A stretch of 56,006 bases of DNA, filler included, from Sphacelaria rigidula (GCA_964200075.2; 4 parts of 4 records of this genome joined end to end with filler, not necessarily neighbours in it), one strand, 5' to 3'. Positions 1 through 12,931 are shown, counted from the first letter of the whole stretch. Notes: generated by a model from the sequence alone, not told the origin. Numbers and translations are program-made.

Positions 1-199
1 CTAGGACCTCAACATTTCGGTGATCGAAATTCAAATTTCCATGGGGTGTAGCAGTTGTCAATAGCTATCAGTACGTGAAGAAATGGAACCATATTTCGAA
101 GATCTGGCGTGGATACGAAGATTTTATTTCTCCGGGTTTCTCATCCCCAATAAATGATCCATCCCTAATTTGTAAGATCCCGTCTTTATTCCTCTTATT

Positions 200-477
200 C
201 TTCAGTGTGTATGTTGCCGCCTCATCTATTCTGGACGCCGGTCTACACCTTTCGGTATATGTGGGCGCACCAGCCGTGGTCACACAGGAGGAAGGTCAAC
301 ACAGGAGTCTTTTCTTTTTTTGTTTGTTTTCAGTACTCCACCTTCCTTCTGCGGTGCTTGCTTTTACTTTTTATCGCGAGAGGGGTTCAGCAGNNNNNNN
401 NNGCTCCGAGATTTGAACCCACGACCCAACCGTCAGAAGATTTCGAGGTTACCAAATGAGCCACCGGGGCGACCGGC
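200..477 (-). mobile_element. tRNA-derived SINE
   Basis: The minus strand from 477 reads GCCGGTCGCCCCGG-TGGCTCATTTGG (Pol III A box)...GGTTCAAATCT (B box), followed by a non-tRNA body. An N-run interrupts it at 394-402. The 3' boundary is approximate. Confidence 0.7.
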
Positions 478-671
478 TTCAGTGCACAGGACAAATAGAA
501 CGGCAATAACTCGTGCAATGCAGCTTCGGCAAAATTGGCCTGTCCGCGCTCGGTCACTATGCAGATCAACATATGGTTGATTTATACCCTCTCTTCATCC
601 AAGTCCCCTACTCAGTATGTATGCCTCCCCCTTCTGCTGCCCTCCTCCCCGTGGTCGTCCTATGTTGTTAG

Positions 672-3600
672 GAAAACCAGCATGACCATGAACTCCCATC
701 CAGTGAACCGACTGATCCAGGCGGAGGTAGACTTGTTTATGCACAAACACCACAAAATCGGCAAGGGAGAACTAGCGCAGCTGGAGAAAGCGGTCAAAAC
801 GGCCGCGCGAAACGCCAGTCACGAGGAGGGTGACCAAAGCAACGCCGCTAGAGGAAGTACTTCCCGCCCCCAAACTGCCAGGCAAAACGGACTCTTTCCT
901 GTATTCTGCGTACTGCTGCATTTAGAACAGGTTCATGTGTGTACACATACGTGGGGCGACGCGATGTGACATTCAGAATGGTTCACGCCGGAGAAGAAAT
1001 ATGTTTTCCGAGCTATGAATGAGCGCGCTAGTGGAAAATAGCAGAGCCATACTACTTATAGTGATTACCATTGATGTGCTGGTGCGGTCGGTCCTTGATA
1101 TACGGCCTCCGCTGAGAAGGTCAACGTTGTCAGAGTGTTCAACAGGGAGGGAGGGATCAGTATTGGGGGAATGACGCACACATCACTCGTCCTGCTCGCC
1201 ACTTTCGTATCGACGGTGTTCCTTGCTCAGTTCTTCCCCAAGTAATCCTTCGATGGTGGCCCGCTCGAGCGTCAAAGGAGTACAGTTGAACTCGAACCAT
1301 GTTTGCCGTCCTGGTACTGCGGGTAGCAGCACTGCCCGCGGGCCCACTCTCTTCCCTGGAAGAAACAAGTCGCCGTCAGCCACTGGAATACGCCGCTGTC
1401 CAAGTGATCACTGTGGTGGCAGTGCACAAGTACCTACGAATTTACGAGATGAATGGCTGATACTAGAGACATATCAGCAACTGCAGGCGGAGAAGAAACA
1501 GGCAGAGGAATCCCGGATATGTCGTGAAGGTCTGTGCACGTGCTGGGTACTCCCCCGGAAAATGAACAAACTTTGCAAGGGCGGTACAGATAGCGGGTAC
1601 GTGCAGATAACAGCTCAAGACTAATGTGGTCAAATTTTTCCGTGCTTTGGTCACCTCTGCAACTGTAGTGCAAACTTACCCAACGATAAATCTTGTCTAG
1701 TACTGAATTTGGGAGCGATCGGTTTGGTGTGCAGTAACGTTTGCACGGCTACGGCTGGTATTGTTGGTGCGTTGTAATTAAAATGGACAATGAGTACATT
1801 GCAATATATACAATACCAAGCACTATACCATACCGTGTTCTACTTTAGCTTTCATCCACCGATGAACACAGTAGGGGCGCTTACTAAACCCGGTATCGTT
1901 CATACGAGATAACGAAGAACTCATTTGCGAACGTCCGCGGATTGATGGCCGAAGACAAAACGAATTTGTACACTTTGAGGCCATTTTTCAGCGTGGTTTC
2001 CTCTCAATTCCCAAACATATTCGTAGCTATTCGGCGCTGTAAAGAAGACCTGGAGACCCAAATGGCACATAATCGTGTTCTAGCGGACAAAGAAGCGGCA
2101 GAAAGAGACGCAGAGAAGATGGAACAGCGCCGGATGGTCGAGGAGCACGTTCGTAGTCAGGCGGCGTTGAAGGAGGCATCTCGCCAGAAGCTCTTGGTGC
2201 GAAGTGTCCACGTGTGCATCTGCCGTAGGTGGTCGGTGAAACAGGTAGTGCTACTTGCTGTTTCGATATTTACAGGGTGCTACGTTTTTGGTTTTCCTCT
2301 GTTGGTTAGGGTTAGGGTTAGGGTTAGGGTTAGTTGCGATAGCTACAATGAACGTTTCATCAGCTGACGATATCCCGCCATGAAGAGAGCAGCACATGGT
2401 CGAACATTGAACATGTGATGAATCACCAGTTGAGCGATAGGACAGGGTGGCGCTATCACCTACTTTTCGACTAAAACGTACAAGTATTAAAAAAAACAAC
2501 CGTATACCCACCACTGGTGAAACTTGAGTTTTACCCTCCACAGGTAGCACACAAATCTCCTCACCACCGCAGACGACTTTCGTTGTCACTTGTTGCTCCC
2601 TCTGACAAGCGCAGCATGGCTATGGGGAAGCAGGAAGGAAAGGAGGTGGTGCGTGTGAATGACCTAGGAGCGTTAGGTGCTTGTTTTGAATCTTGCGATC
2701 GAATTCACATAGAAAACGGCTTGAGTGAAGTGATACAGTACAGTGCGGTCAGTATAATACATGCACAACGACGAAACGATCAAGGTAGGACAGAGCTCTT
2801 GTGTAACTCATGTGGGCAGGACGGATGCCGGAAGGGGGTGACGAAAATGTGTGGGCTCCCGGGGGAAACTTGACTCCATATAGTGCGTTGTCAATCTCGG
2901 CCACTATACAATGTAGCACAACGTCTCCAACGAAATTATAGTACCCGTTTCCGTGCTGTGTAATTCTATTCTTTTGTGTGATTGGTAAACTCGAGAGTAT
3001 AGTTTTTTCAAAGTTCACTGATTGATCCGATTGTTTGATGGATTGATATCTACGAATAATCTGATCCGTCACGAATCACTATCTATCCAATTGGCTTACA
3101 TGAACTTTCCAGCAGCCTATCGACGAGTTGGTTTGGATAACATTTGATATAGGTGTTGGGATCTTGATTTCGAAGTGAGGTGGCTTGGTATATCCCATTC
3201 CTTACACCTCTTCCGATGTCAAATCCTATGTCTTGAGGCTCATCCATAGGTCATTCTTAGTTTTGAATCTCATCCATAGGCTACACATAACGTGGACTCA
3301 AATCGGTCACGGAGTTCTCCACTCTTCCGTCACCTGTCCATGCCATTCACCCAGTCCACAAAAACTAGACGTGGTTCGTCCTGCCTTGACCATTCCTTGA
3401 TTGCATTGGCTGGACTACACTGGACTGCATTGACGCTATCCATGTGTATGCGACCGCACGATTCAGTACAAACCCCGAACGCTCGCAGGCAAATCACACG
3501 GACGGTCTCCTTCGCTTCCCGCCTCTCTGCAACCGTGCTGTGCTTTCCAGACGGCTCAAGGGGGGGTTGAAAAACTCGTCTGTGGCGGCAGGTAAAACTC

Positions 3601-6600
3601 GCGCGCCACCGGTGGCAGGTAAACTCGTCTGCCACCGGTGAGCACTTTTGTCAATTGTCGAATTTAAGACAAGTTGAGGAAACGTTCGCGTGATCTAGCC
3701 ATCACTGCAACAGCTACCAGGTTCGGCATGTCGGTATGACTATTCAGATACATTATGTAAGAATGCCACTACTGAAGTGTCGTGCATTGCTCTTACGTAG
3801 TGACATACCGCTCGCCAAGGCCTACGACAGAGTTATTCTGGATAGATTGATTAATTAGCCTATTGCCGTGGCCGCATGATAGACGTACCGGAGGTAAAAA
3901 GTACGGAAACATTTGGCGCTCGAAACGTGGGGGGGGGGGGGGGTGCAATAAAATAAAGGGGAAGCATACAGAGTCAACTAAACAACATTAAAATTGACTA
4001 CAGCAACTGAGACCATGAAAACAAATGACCGGAAAAAAGAGATCAAACGAAAAGAGTCGTCAGACCATGACCTAGTACCAACCCGGAGACAAACAAGTCT
4101 CTTACGAGGGCGTCAGCTGTGGAACACCGTACAAAACCCAAGGTCGTGGAAACACGTTGCCGTTCAGCTACTTCGTGACCACACTGTTAGAGCAAAACCT
4201 CTCAGCTGCCAACTCCCCAGGCGCAATGCACTAACACCCTTGAGGCTCAGCACAAAAACAGAAAAAAAAACGGGGAAAACGAGCAGGAAGCAGACGTAGG
4301 AATCATCATCAGGGCTGCAAGCAGAGGACAAAAGACGACAACCCACATAATAGGACGGGGGCGTCAATTTCTGTGTGGACCGCTCTCTTCGCCCACCCAT
4401 CCCCAGCCGGACACGAAGCGAGAGCCTCTCTTGCCCATCTCCATATCAATGTCCTTGTGACTTATAAGCGCTGTTGTTGTGCCAGCCGTGGCGGGTTCTC
4501 TAATTGGCAGCTCCACACGCATGGACCGCTTCCTTACGGCGTAGATGCGATCGGTGGAGGTGGTCACCTCGCCACACCTCCTCGCACCTTTCTGTCCCCT
4601 TTTCGATCGTCAGGTGCGATCTGCTCGTGTTCCTAGCGATAGTGCGCGATCTTGCAATTCCTTGACCTCAACATCATGAACGAATCGCTTCATTCGTTTT
4701 CCAATACGTGGGATAGTCCCTAGGACAGGCCGGTTCTCCCGTAGGCGGTTCCCGGTGTTTCAAGGACCGGCCAGTCTCCTTAGGCGCCTGTTTGACCAAC
4801 CGTCTGAGCATGGTTCCCAAACGTATGTTGTCGTGCCGTGTAAAGTTCCTCTCACACTGAAGTCGGCGCTTGCGGATGGTCATCTTGCGCACAGCTGTGT
4901 ACAAAAGATGAAAAACCTTGTGTCCGTTGGGATCCTTATTATCGGAGCCAACTGCTCAAAGGGAAAGCTTGTAATAGGCAATACACAGGCTCTCAAAGCC
5001 CTCCGGGCGCAGCGTCCAAGTAGAACTTATGGGTTAGGGTTAGAGTTAGGGTACTGTAAACACCCTCACCCTAACCATACCATTTTTCCCACCACCATTT
5101 CATCGAGCAATCAAATCTTGCGCGATAGCTGAGCTTTAGGTCGATATGGAGATGGGAGCTACACGTTCGGAGGTGCGCGCACGTAGCGCTGTCTCAGCAC
5201 ATGGCTTCGATGGAAATATTCGAGTTCTCGCTGATAGCAGCGCAGTACCAAGAACATAAACTCAGCCGTCTGCTTGAATCGTTGCCCTGCCGCCTGGGCG
5301 TGCAGTGTATCTTGAGAGCTGGGTACGAACACAGATACCTGGTCTTTGTCGTGCCTGCCAATACCGCTAGTCCAAACTGTTGACAGATCGCGACTACGGG
5401 GATCTGGAGATCACACCCCCTTCACTGGTGTGTAGCATTCCACACATCGCGCGTCGCGCCCTCTCTAGTAGCTTGTGTTCTTTCGGGTTACAATCCGCAT
5501 TCTTCTGCGTCTCATTTAAGTATGTCCGAAATGTCGGCCGAGTCTGCATCAGAACGCTGTGGGAGCACGCCTACCACCGCCGCGGAGGAGAGACGGATCC
5601 CTGAGGGTCCGTTACAGACGGGTAACCACTCTGATACTTTGCCATCATCTAGTTGCACCCGAGATCCGTTGCCATTCTGCAGTATACGCATTCCCTCAAT
5701 CATCGTGGCTGCGCTCAGCAGCGGGCAATCCCTCAAGGCTTTGAGGTAAACGGAGTCGTACGCGTTTTGCGGGTCAGTGAAGCATAAATCCGATGAAATA
5801 TCCCTTCCTCATTCTGATTACTGAAAAAGGCACACGACGAACATAATGTCTGTGATCGTTGGCGACGAGATCGCTCTGCTCTTTCAGGAGAAGTTTTGTC
5901 TTTCCGCACAACCTCCCGAGTTTGTTGGCTACGGTTTTGACGAGGCCTTCACCAACATGCGCTACGAGGGAGAGGACAGTAAATTAATGTTACCGCCTCA
6001 GTCCTACCCTTCGCGTGCAGTTCGTTGAAAGTGACGTCATTCCAACCCTGCGTCGTCTCGGCAGATGTCTGGATAGCAACGGTTATTGTGGAAGTTGCAC
6101 ATGACTTTCGAAGGCTCCTCAACCAGTGCAAGCTTGATCACTCCAACATGTAGCCCATCCAACCTCATGGTGTTGATTGACTAGTTGGTTGATTCATTGA
6201 TGAGTGAAACGTCGTACATTGACATCAGCATCAGCATTAACATGAATTATCCTGTACGAACCCACCCGCGGTGTCAAGATAGACATACCGAAGGTCGATA
6301 AAGGGAGAATTCGCTGAGGAACCAGGCGAACACAACGAGGTGCAGACGAGAAGAAAGGAGCGAGAAAGGAGGAGAAGAAGGAAATAGTGAAAGAAACAGC
6401 AGCAGAAACCAGAAACAAGAAAGGACGAGGCTAAGATCTACTGCTTGTTCATGCCCTCTTTAATCGCTCCTGCAGGAGGAGAAGTGTATAAGAGCGTCCC
6501 AAATCCTGCAAAACGAACGAAGGAGGGAGAGAGATCGGCGTGAGAAGAAGCTCGATGGCGAAAGAGTTCTCAAGGAGTGCAAACGGGCGATGGAGGAGGA

Positions 6601-9600
6601 AAAACAATCTCAGGTGCTGCAAATGTGCACGAATTCCGTCTGAAAATATGTCAACTGTGATTGAGTAGAGGAGATCCATCACGAGGCGACATCGGCCGCG
6701 ACAGCGTTCAAGCTCGACTTTGCGTGACCTTTCGATGGATTCGGCAGCACACTATTGATGTCATCTTGTTGTACCAACATGGTTGTCGGGGAAGCTGCGC
6801 CGCAGCTGACTGACGTATGACACGCTGATACCGATGAACATCTCTAATCCCTGAAAGGTTGACATCTCTGTGTGTCGACCACATATGTTATGTGTGCTGT
6901 GCATTCCAGCTTAAAAGGCAACAGGAGATCGCGGAGTCCCTTCAAGCGATGCACAGGGAGAACAACGCCAAGCTCCTCGCTCGTGAGCAGCAGAAGGTGG
7001 CGGATGAGGCAGAAGACAGACGCCTTATGCGCGAGTACCAAGAAAAACTTGACAGGTTAGAGCCGTAGAAGCAGCGAGACGGGCCGGACAGACTCTCCAA
7101 GATTGCTTTTGATTGATTTAATTGATTATCGCACTTTGACTGACCCCCATAAGGATCCACCTGTGGTGACATGATAGATGTACCCGAGACAAAACAAAAC
7201 TAAAGCGCTTGCTGAAGACAAACAAAAACATAAAAGGTAGAACAGAACAACAGAGTAGACTAAGACAGGAAAACAAAACTGTTGTTTAGGAAGAAAAGAA
7301 AGAAACAAAGTGGCCGGTCTCTGCAACATGGCTTCGGTGGAGAAGGTCTGCGCAGAATCACACTCATACCCAGTTGTTGGGGGAAAAGCGCCGTGGGAAA
7401 AGAAAAGATTGCGGCTCTTCGACTACGACCGCACTACTAAGGGTATGACCCCTCTCATACATGGACAAATATATTGAAGCGAGGTACCACACTGCTCTGG
7501 CATACACCATACACCGGCAGGAAAGACAACACATATAGAGAGAAAGAGAGGGGAAAGGGAAAGCAGAGAAGGAGACTACAGAAGTGATGACGCCCGAAGA
7601 ACTCAGGGCAGCAGAACAGAAACAGACACGCACCAGGGGGCACCGCAGAGCCACCCACTAAGGATAGCATCAACAACTGATAGGAGCAGACAGGATCCTT
7701 CGATTGGTGGCTCTCGACGCAGCAGCCTCTCGTTTGTGACGGCGGTTCGGTTCTCGTTTTTCTTCGCGTCGCCACGTGTTCTCAAACTCTTCCGCTTCAT
7801 TTTCGACCCCAATATGCCGTTTTCCCATGTTCTTCGCCGAAGTGACCAAGTCGTATGCATTGTTAACCTCTGCACCGTAAACGAGCCATTTCGGTCGTGC
7901 TTGTTTGAGCGGAACAGCCCCTAGTGCACGTAGGTTCTCCTGGAGGTTTTCCTCCTATTGTTTAGGAGAACGGCCAGTCTCCCTGTGCCCTCGTGAGGTT
8001 AACCGTCCGTTCATGATGCGTTTCGGAGGGGGTGTTTTCTCCTGCCGCACAAGGGCTCCCGCGAATCACAGTTGACGTTTGCGGATAGTCGTCTTGATGC
8101 GTTCGCAGCTGGCCATCTCGAGCAACGCTCTGCACGAAAGAGTATTGTGGCCATTTCAAGCTTTCCTGCGGAATCCAACCACCCGCAGCAAAAGCTCGTG
8201 ATAGGTAGTGCGCAGATTGTCAAAGTCCTCAGAACGCAACGTCCATGTGGCACATCCGTACGACAGACCTTCTACCACCTCCGCTTTAAGCAGCCGGACT
8301 TTCAAGGATAGCTGGGCGTTGAGTCTATCGTAGAGTTGGGGACTATATATTCGGGTATGCGCCGACGCTGGGCTGATGCGGCGGATAATTTTGATGGACA
8401 TTGTCGCATCCGCTCTGGTAGCACCACCAAGGTAGACGAACTTCCCCGTCTGCTTGTACCCTTGATCGAAAGCTTTGTTGTGCAGGGAGACCTCCGTGGA
8501 ACTGGGTACTGACCACAGGCGCATGGACTCTATCTTGTTCTCAGAGACCGTCAGGTCGAATTCCTGGCAGGTCATCCCAACCACGCCACAACATGGCAAT
8601 ATGTACTGTTCCGTTTACGACGAACATCACAGAAAGTAATGTCGCTTCCGCGGCCCTCCCGTTATTCGGGCAGTCGTAATGCACTTCACCACTTCAACAC
8701 AACACGCACATGACAAACAACGTATGATATACCATATGCCACATTGTGTACGTTTCCTTTGACCCCACACGTTCTCCCATCACAAGACGGTAGACGATGA
8801 AGACTAACACTAACACTAACACAATAGTTTATCATGAACGGGCTCCTTTGAACGACGATAAATCGATGGCAGCAATAGATCGTGCCTCCTTCCTCACCCG
8901 ATGCCCTCTGCGGCCGTCACCCCTCACTATCCCTCTTTGAGGGCAATGTTGCTCCCGTGGTACATGAAAGCACAGAGAGCAAGCCCAGCGGGTGGCCGCC
9001 CACCGTCGACGAACGGAAAGGTACGAGTTGATCGGTGCTCGGTGGGCTGAGACCGGTGCCGGTAAGAAGCAGCACGATATTCAAGTGGCGGAGGAAAAGA
9101 GGGTGCTGGCCGAAGCCGCAGCGAAGGAGAGAGTCGACGATGAGCGCGAGCAGGTACCTATCAACACACTTGTGAAGGATGAAAACGGCAGTGAAGATCA
9201 CGAGAGGGTAAATGTCATGGAGATGAGTTCCACGCGATTGTGGCATCTGTTTCAAGCTCTGAGACAACGGATGGTACTGCAAACGGCAGAAGATAAATAG
9301 GGGACAGGTGTACGTTAACTTCTACTTCGACAGAGCAAATTCGTTGGGCCGCGGATAGTGTTCAAGGGTACCATGTGCCATATTTCCCCTTGATGTGGTG
9401 TGCGACCTGTACTTACCGAATATGACGACCCGGAGATGGAGGCGTGCCATCGAAAGCGCTTCAGCAGCTATTATCGCGGAATTTTCCGCAACTATAGCAT
9501 CACCGTGTACGACGCAGGGTTTGTGTGAAAAAAGGAAGAGTCTCCCGTACGTTGTCAACGATTGTCACCGCACCAACCGCACGCTACAGGCATCAATCGC

Positions 9601-12600
9601 TCCCCGACGGTAGACGCCTGGCTGGTGGTACGTACCAATACGGCAGCCTCATACGTCTCCCTTCACGCCCAGCCACGGACTTGCACTGATCCTACAGGCT
9701 TCGCGGCGATGGCCTTGTACACTTGACATATCATGGGCATCACCACCACACACGGTGGTACTATGTGCGTTCGTGGATGGAATATTACCCCTCTTGACAC
9801 ACTGCACACGGCGGAAATGAAACACGGCAAAATGAATGTCGCGATTGCGATATGTCGAGACCGACGACGTCAGTGACCGGGTTTTCGTTTGTCTGTACAT
9901 GGTGAAAAATTTCCTGATGGGCGTGGGTCTGTTGTGCGTGTACTCTGTCCCGGAAAAAACAGCGGGACAAGGAAGCGATTCGCAGAGATCGTGCAAGATG
10001 CCTCGAAGACAATATGCGCTTAATCGCGAAGAAGCTTTCGAGGAAGCAGGTAAGAAGTATATTTGATACTTTTTACGATAGCCCCCCTCCCCAAAAAAAG
10101 TGGGGAGACGAGAAACTGCCGATCGTAGACCAGTATACATACCTTGGCGTAGAGATCTCAAAAATCTGTGCTTGGGATGCACGTATGAACAAAGTAATAG
10201 AAAAGGGTGAGGCACAGATAGGCAGGATGGACGGGATCCTCAGAGAGCCGCACCCAGACACTAGGATCAAGAGATATATCCTGATGAACGTGATCGTACC
10301 ATAGCGGGAATATGCAGGAGAAGTATGGGAGGGGAACGTGAAGTTGGTGAAGAGGCTGGAAACAGTACAGATAGCGGTAGCTAGGAAAATTATGAATGCT
10401 CGGAAACGACAAGGAATACAGACTTGAGAGCAGAGTTGGGAATATACGCACTTGAAACAAGCAGAAACATGAGGAAAATGCGATGGCAATTTAGCGTAAA
10501 GAACATGCAGAGAAAGAGATTGCCAGCCATAGTTAATAAAGCTGTATGGACGAAAAATACGAAAGGGAAGGCTGGAGTAAGGTGGGATAAAGAAGTCGAG
10601 AAATATTGGGAAAAGATAGGAGGAAATCAAGACGAAATACTGTCCATAGATGAAGGCGCGGGGTACAAGACAAAAGGAAGAGACTTGACAAAAATAAGGG
10701 GGGGGGGAGCGCTCAGGCGCAAGTAGACGAGGGGAAACACCTGGAGATACACGGGGGGTTGATGGAGGGGATAGGGATGAAAGTATATTTGCACGGGCCG
10801 ATGGACGCTGCGAAAAATCTCAAACTGCGAATTCGGGTGGGGAACCTAGACCTGCCGGAGCTAAGAAAGAGATATACCAGCCGCCGAAAGGACGAGGAAG
10901 TAGATGAACAGGATTCCTCCTGTTGCAAAGCAATAGAGAGCAGAAGTCATATAGTGGCAGAGTGTGAACTATAGAAGGAGGAACGGGACGTGCTAGAGGG
11001 GGAAATGCGGGACGTGAGCGAAGTTTGCATGAAATAGTTTGATGGATCGGACAGTAGGTAGAAAACGATAGCTATACTAGCAGATAGATGGTTGCCACAA
11101 ACGGCGAAACAGGACGGGGATAAGATATGTAGAAGGTTTTGTGTAATCTATGGAGAAACGTAATGGGCGCCGGAATGTTCAAGTGGGCTCTCCTAGGAGT
11201 GGGAATGGTGCTCCGTCTCGAAAGGGATGCGTGGTCAATGGTCAAACGACTAAGGCAAGCAACAAATGAGTACCCCCCCCCGAAAGAAGTGGCTGGTTTG
11301 AGGAGGCAAAATTCACATGTGAATCAAAATGACACATTGCCGAGCACAACGAGAAGCTGGGAATTCCCATGCTTGGGTTTGTTTTCGATAATGTCGTTCA
11401 TATGAGGCCCTTCATGCAGCCTGAAAACAAACATCAGGCGCTATATGACCATTTTCTTCATGACAGTTATGGGCTGCTTTTGGGGTGGGGGCTATCGGAG
11501 AAAGTGTCATTTCTCGTGACACGAATGTGGCCACCTGTCCTGCCCAGCGAGCATGCAAACCACAAGCCACAAACGCACGTGTGCACACCATGAGATAGCA
11601 ACCTCGAGCATGCGCACGGGGGAGCAGCTCAATGACGTTTGAAGTCGGCACTCAACGTCCAACAAAACCTCGGTGCGATGTAATAATCCACGCTGCCATA
11701 CCCCTTCATGAGTTGAGCTGCATGGAATCATGAGAACAGCACAGTTGGCGAAACCACAGGGGCCAAATGTGTGCCATGTTCTCTGTCCTGCCACTGATTG
11801 TATTCTTCAGGAAGAAGAATCAGAGGAAGCGCGGTACGCTCGCCAGTTTCGCTCCGACGGCGAGAAACACGCGGCGCAGGGGATTGACCGAAAGCGCGAG
11901 AGGATCCGACAGCAAAAAGCCTACATGAAGGATCTGAGACGACAGGTAGTGAGTCCATAGCGACTAGCATACCTGAGCGCTTCCGACGACGAGCGTGCCT
12001 CCTACCCCTGTTTGGCATCTAAGATCCCTCCTACACATCACCCTCACCTTACACTCTTACCAACGCCGATAAAGGCGTGTGCGACTGAAGGGACCTAAGG
12101 GACCTAATTCATTTACATCGTTCGGTGGACACGGCTTCCACAGATGAAAGCAACACGAGCGGCCCGAGCTGCGACAGAAATGACGAGCACGGAGCGAGAA
12201 ATGAACGGTAGAACTTTGAGGCTACTGCACGATGACAAGGCGCTACAGGAGGCCGTAAGGTACTTACTCGTCCGCCCCCCCCCCCTCCACACCGCCCCCC
12301 CCGGTTCCAGATCTCATGTGGTGACTACACGGATGAATAAAGATAACTTCCCCAATAGTGGGTACATCGTCGCAGACTGAATCGGGCCCCAGACCTCAGA
12401 GTTACCACATGCTATTTCGAGGAGACACTCTCGTGCGATAGGAACGTCTCACAAAGCATGTGGTCACAGCACTCACGCTCTTTATGGTTGGCTCATATGC
12501 AAGTGAATTTCCCAACGGCAACCATGTATAGTACTCCAAAGGCAGTATGCACCCTGGTCCGGTGTATACATTGAAGTGCGTTTTGTCTGTGCGGCGGAAC

Positions 12601-12931
12601 GCTCTCCTGCATTACCAGAAAATATGTTGTGCGGGAGACTATTGCTGTGATACGAATATGGTCTGGCCATCAATCCACATTTCATTCGCGGTCGGAGGGA
12701 CGGCCAGAGGTCAAATCGGAGGAACACGACTCTATTCCTCGGGTATATACAACTCGCAGGACTCGTATGCCTCTCCCTCCGTGTTGTTGCTGTATTCTCG
12801 GGTTTCCCTTGCTCCTTGCTCTCGGTTTAGCGCGCGTGTGCTACGAAGAGAACATTTTTTGCAAGCCGGGGCAGCTTTTGGCCGCGAACACTCGGATGGA
12901 AACAGCAGCCGCAATGCCAGCCGAGCAGTGA
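672..12931 (+). CDS. Multi-exon E/K/R/Q-rich coiled-coil protein (trichohyalin-plectin-like, possibly ciliary)
   Basis: Phase-consistent exons bounded by splice sites: 672-881 (GC donor), 1231-1529, 2027-2196, 6476-6613, 6910-7055, 8976-9153, 9963-10049, 11811-11945, 12144-12254 and a tentative last exon 12875-12931. They join into one open frame (…DEWLILETYQQLQAEKKQAEE…LKRQQEIAESLQAMHRENNAKLLAREQQKVADEAEDRRLMREYQEKLDR…MTSTEREMNGRTLRLL…). The start (ATG 682 or an upstream exon) and the last exon are uncertain. Confidence 0.8.
2306..2333 (+). repeat. Interstitial telomeric repeat (TTAGGG)4 + TTAG
   Basis: Four perfect TTAGGG units read directly, inside an intron. Confidence 0.9.
3571..3640. 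repeat. Short degenerate tandem repeat (AAACTCG...GGCAGGT units)
   Basis: Three imperfect units of roughly 25 bp: aaaactcgtctgtggcggcaggt / aaaactcgcgcgccaccggtggcaggt / aaactcgtctgccaccggtg. Confidence 0.6.
3945..5850 (-). mobile_element. Degenerate 5'-truncated RTE-like LINE (RT domain to 3' UTR)
   Basis: Minus-strand peptides CFTDPQNAYDSV…RVQLDDGKVSEWLPV (~5600-5790) resemble LINE RT motifs. The downstream part aligns with the LINE at 7870-8590. Frameshifted; boundaries approximate. Confidence 0.65.
7170..8590 (-). mobile_element. Degenerate RTE-like LINE 3' fragment
   Basis: ORF 8156..8599 contains FVYLGG…LSLKVRLLKAEVVEGLSYGCATWTL, typical of the post-RT region of RTE-type LINEs. A T-rich 3' UTR follows on the minus strand. 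Boundaries approximate. Confidence 0.75.
10104..11281 (+). mobile_element. 5'-truncated LINE (RT C-terminal region) ending in a 66-nt structured module and oligo-C tail
   Basis: Peptides VDQYTYLGVEI…ILMNVIVP*EYAGEVW…LRAELG…HIVAECEL with stops and frameshifts. The 3' end is TGCTCCGTCTCGAAAGG…GAGTAC followed by a C-run. Degenerate TSD: CCCCAAAAAAAGTGG (10089-10103) and CCCCGAAAGAAGTGG (11278-11292). Confidence 0.85.

Noticed and set aside
403-477. tRNA gene
   Set aside because: It has A/B boxes but no convincing acceptor stem or cloverleaf, and continues into a repeat body. It is a SINE head.
11209-11281. CRISPR-like repeats or a known ribozyme
   Set aside because: The copies are dispersed with TSDs rather than regularly spaced. 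There is no hammerhead core, and I could not fit an HDV or twister consensus.
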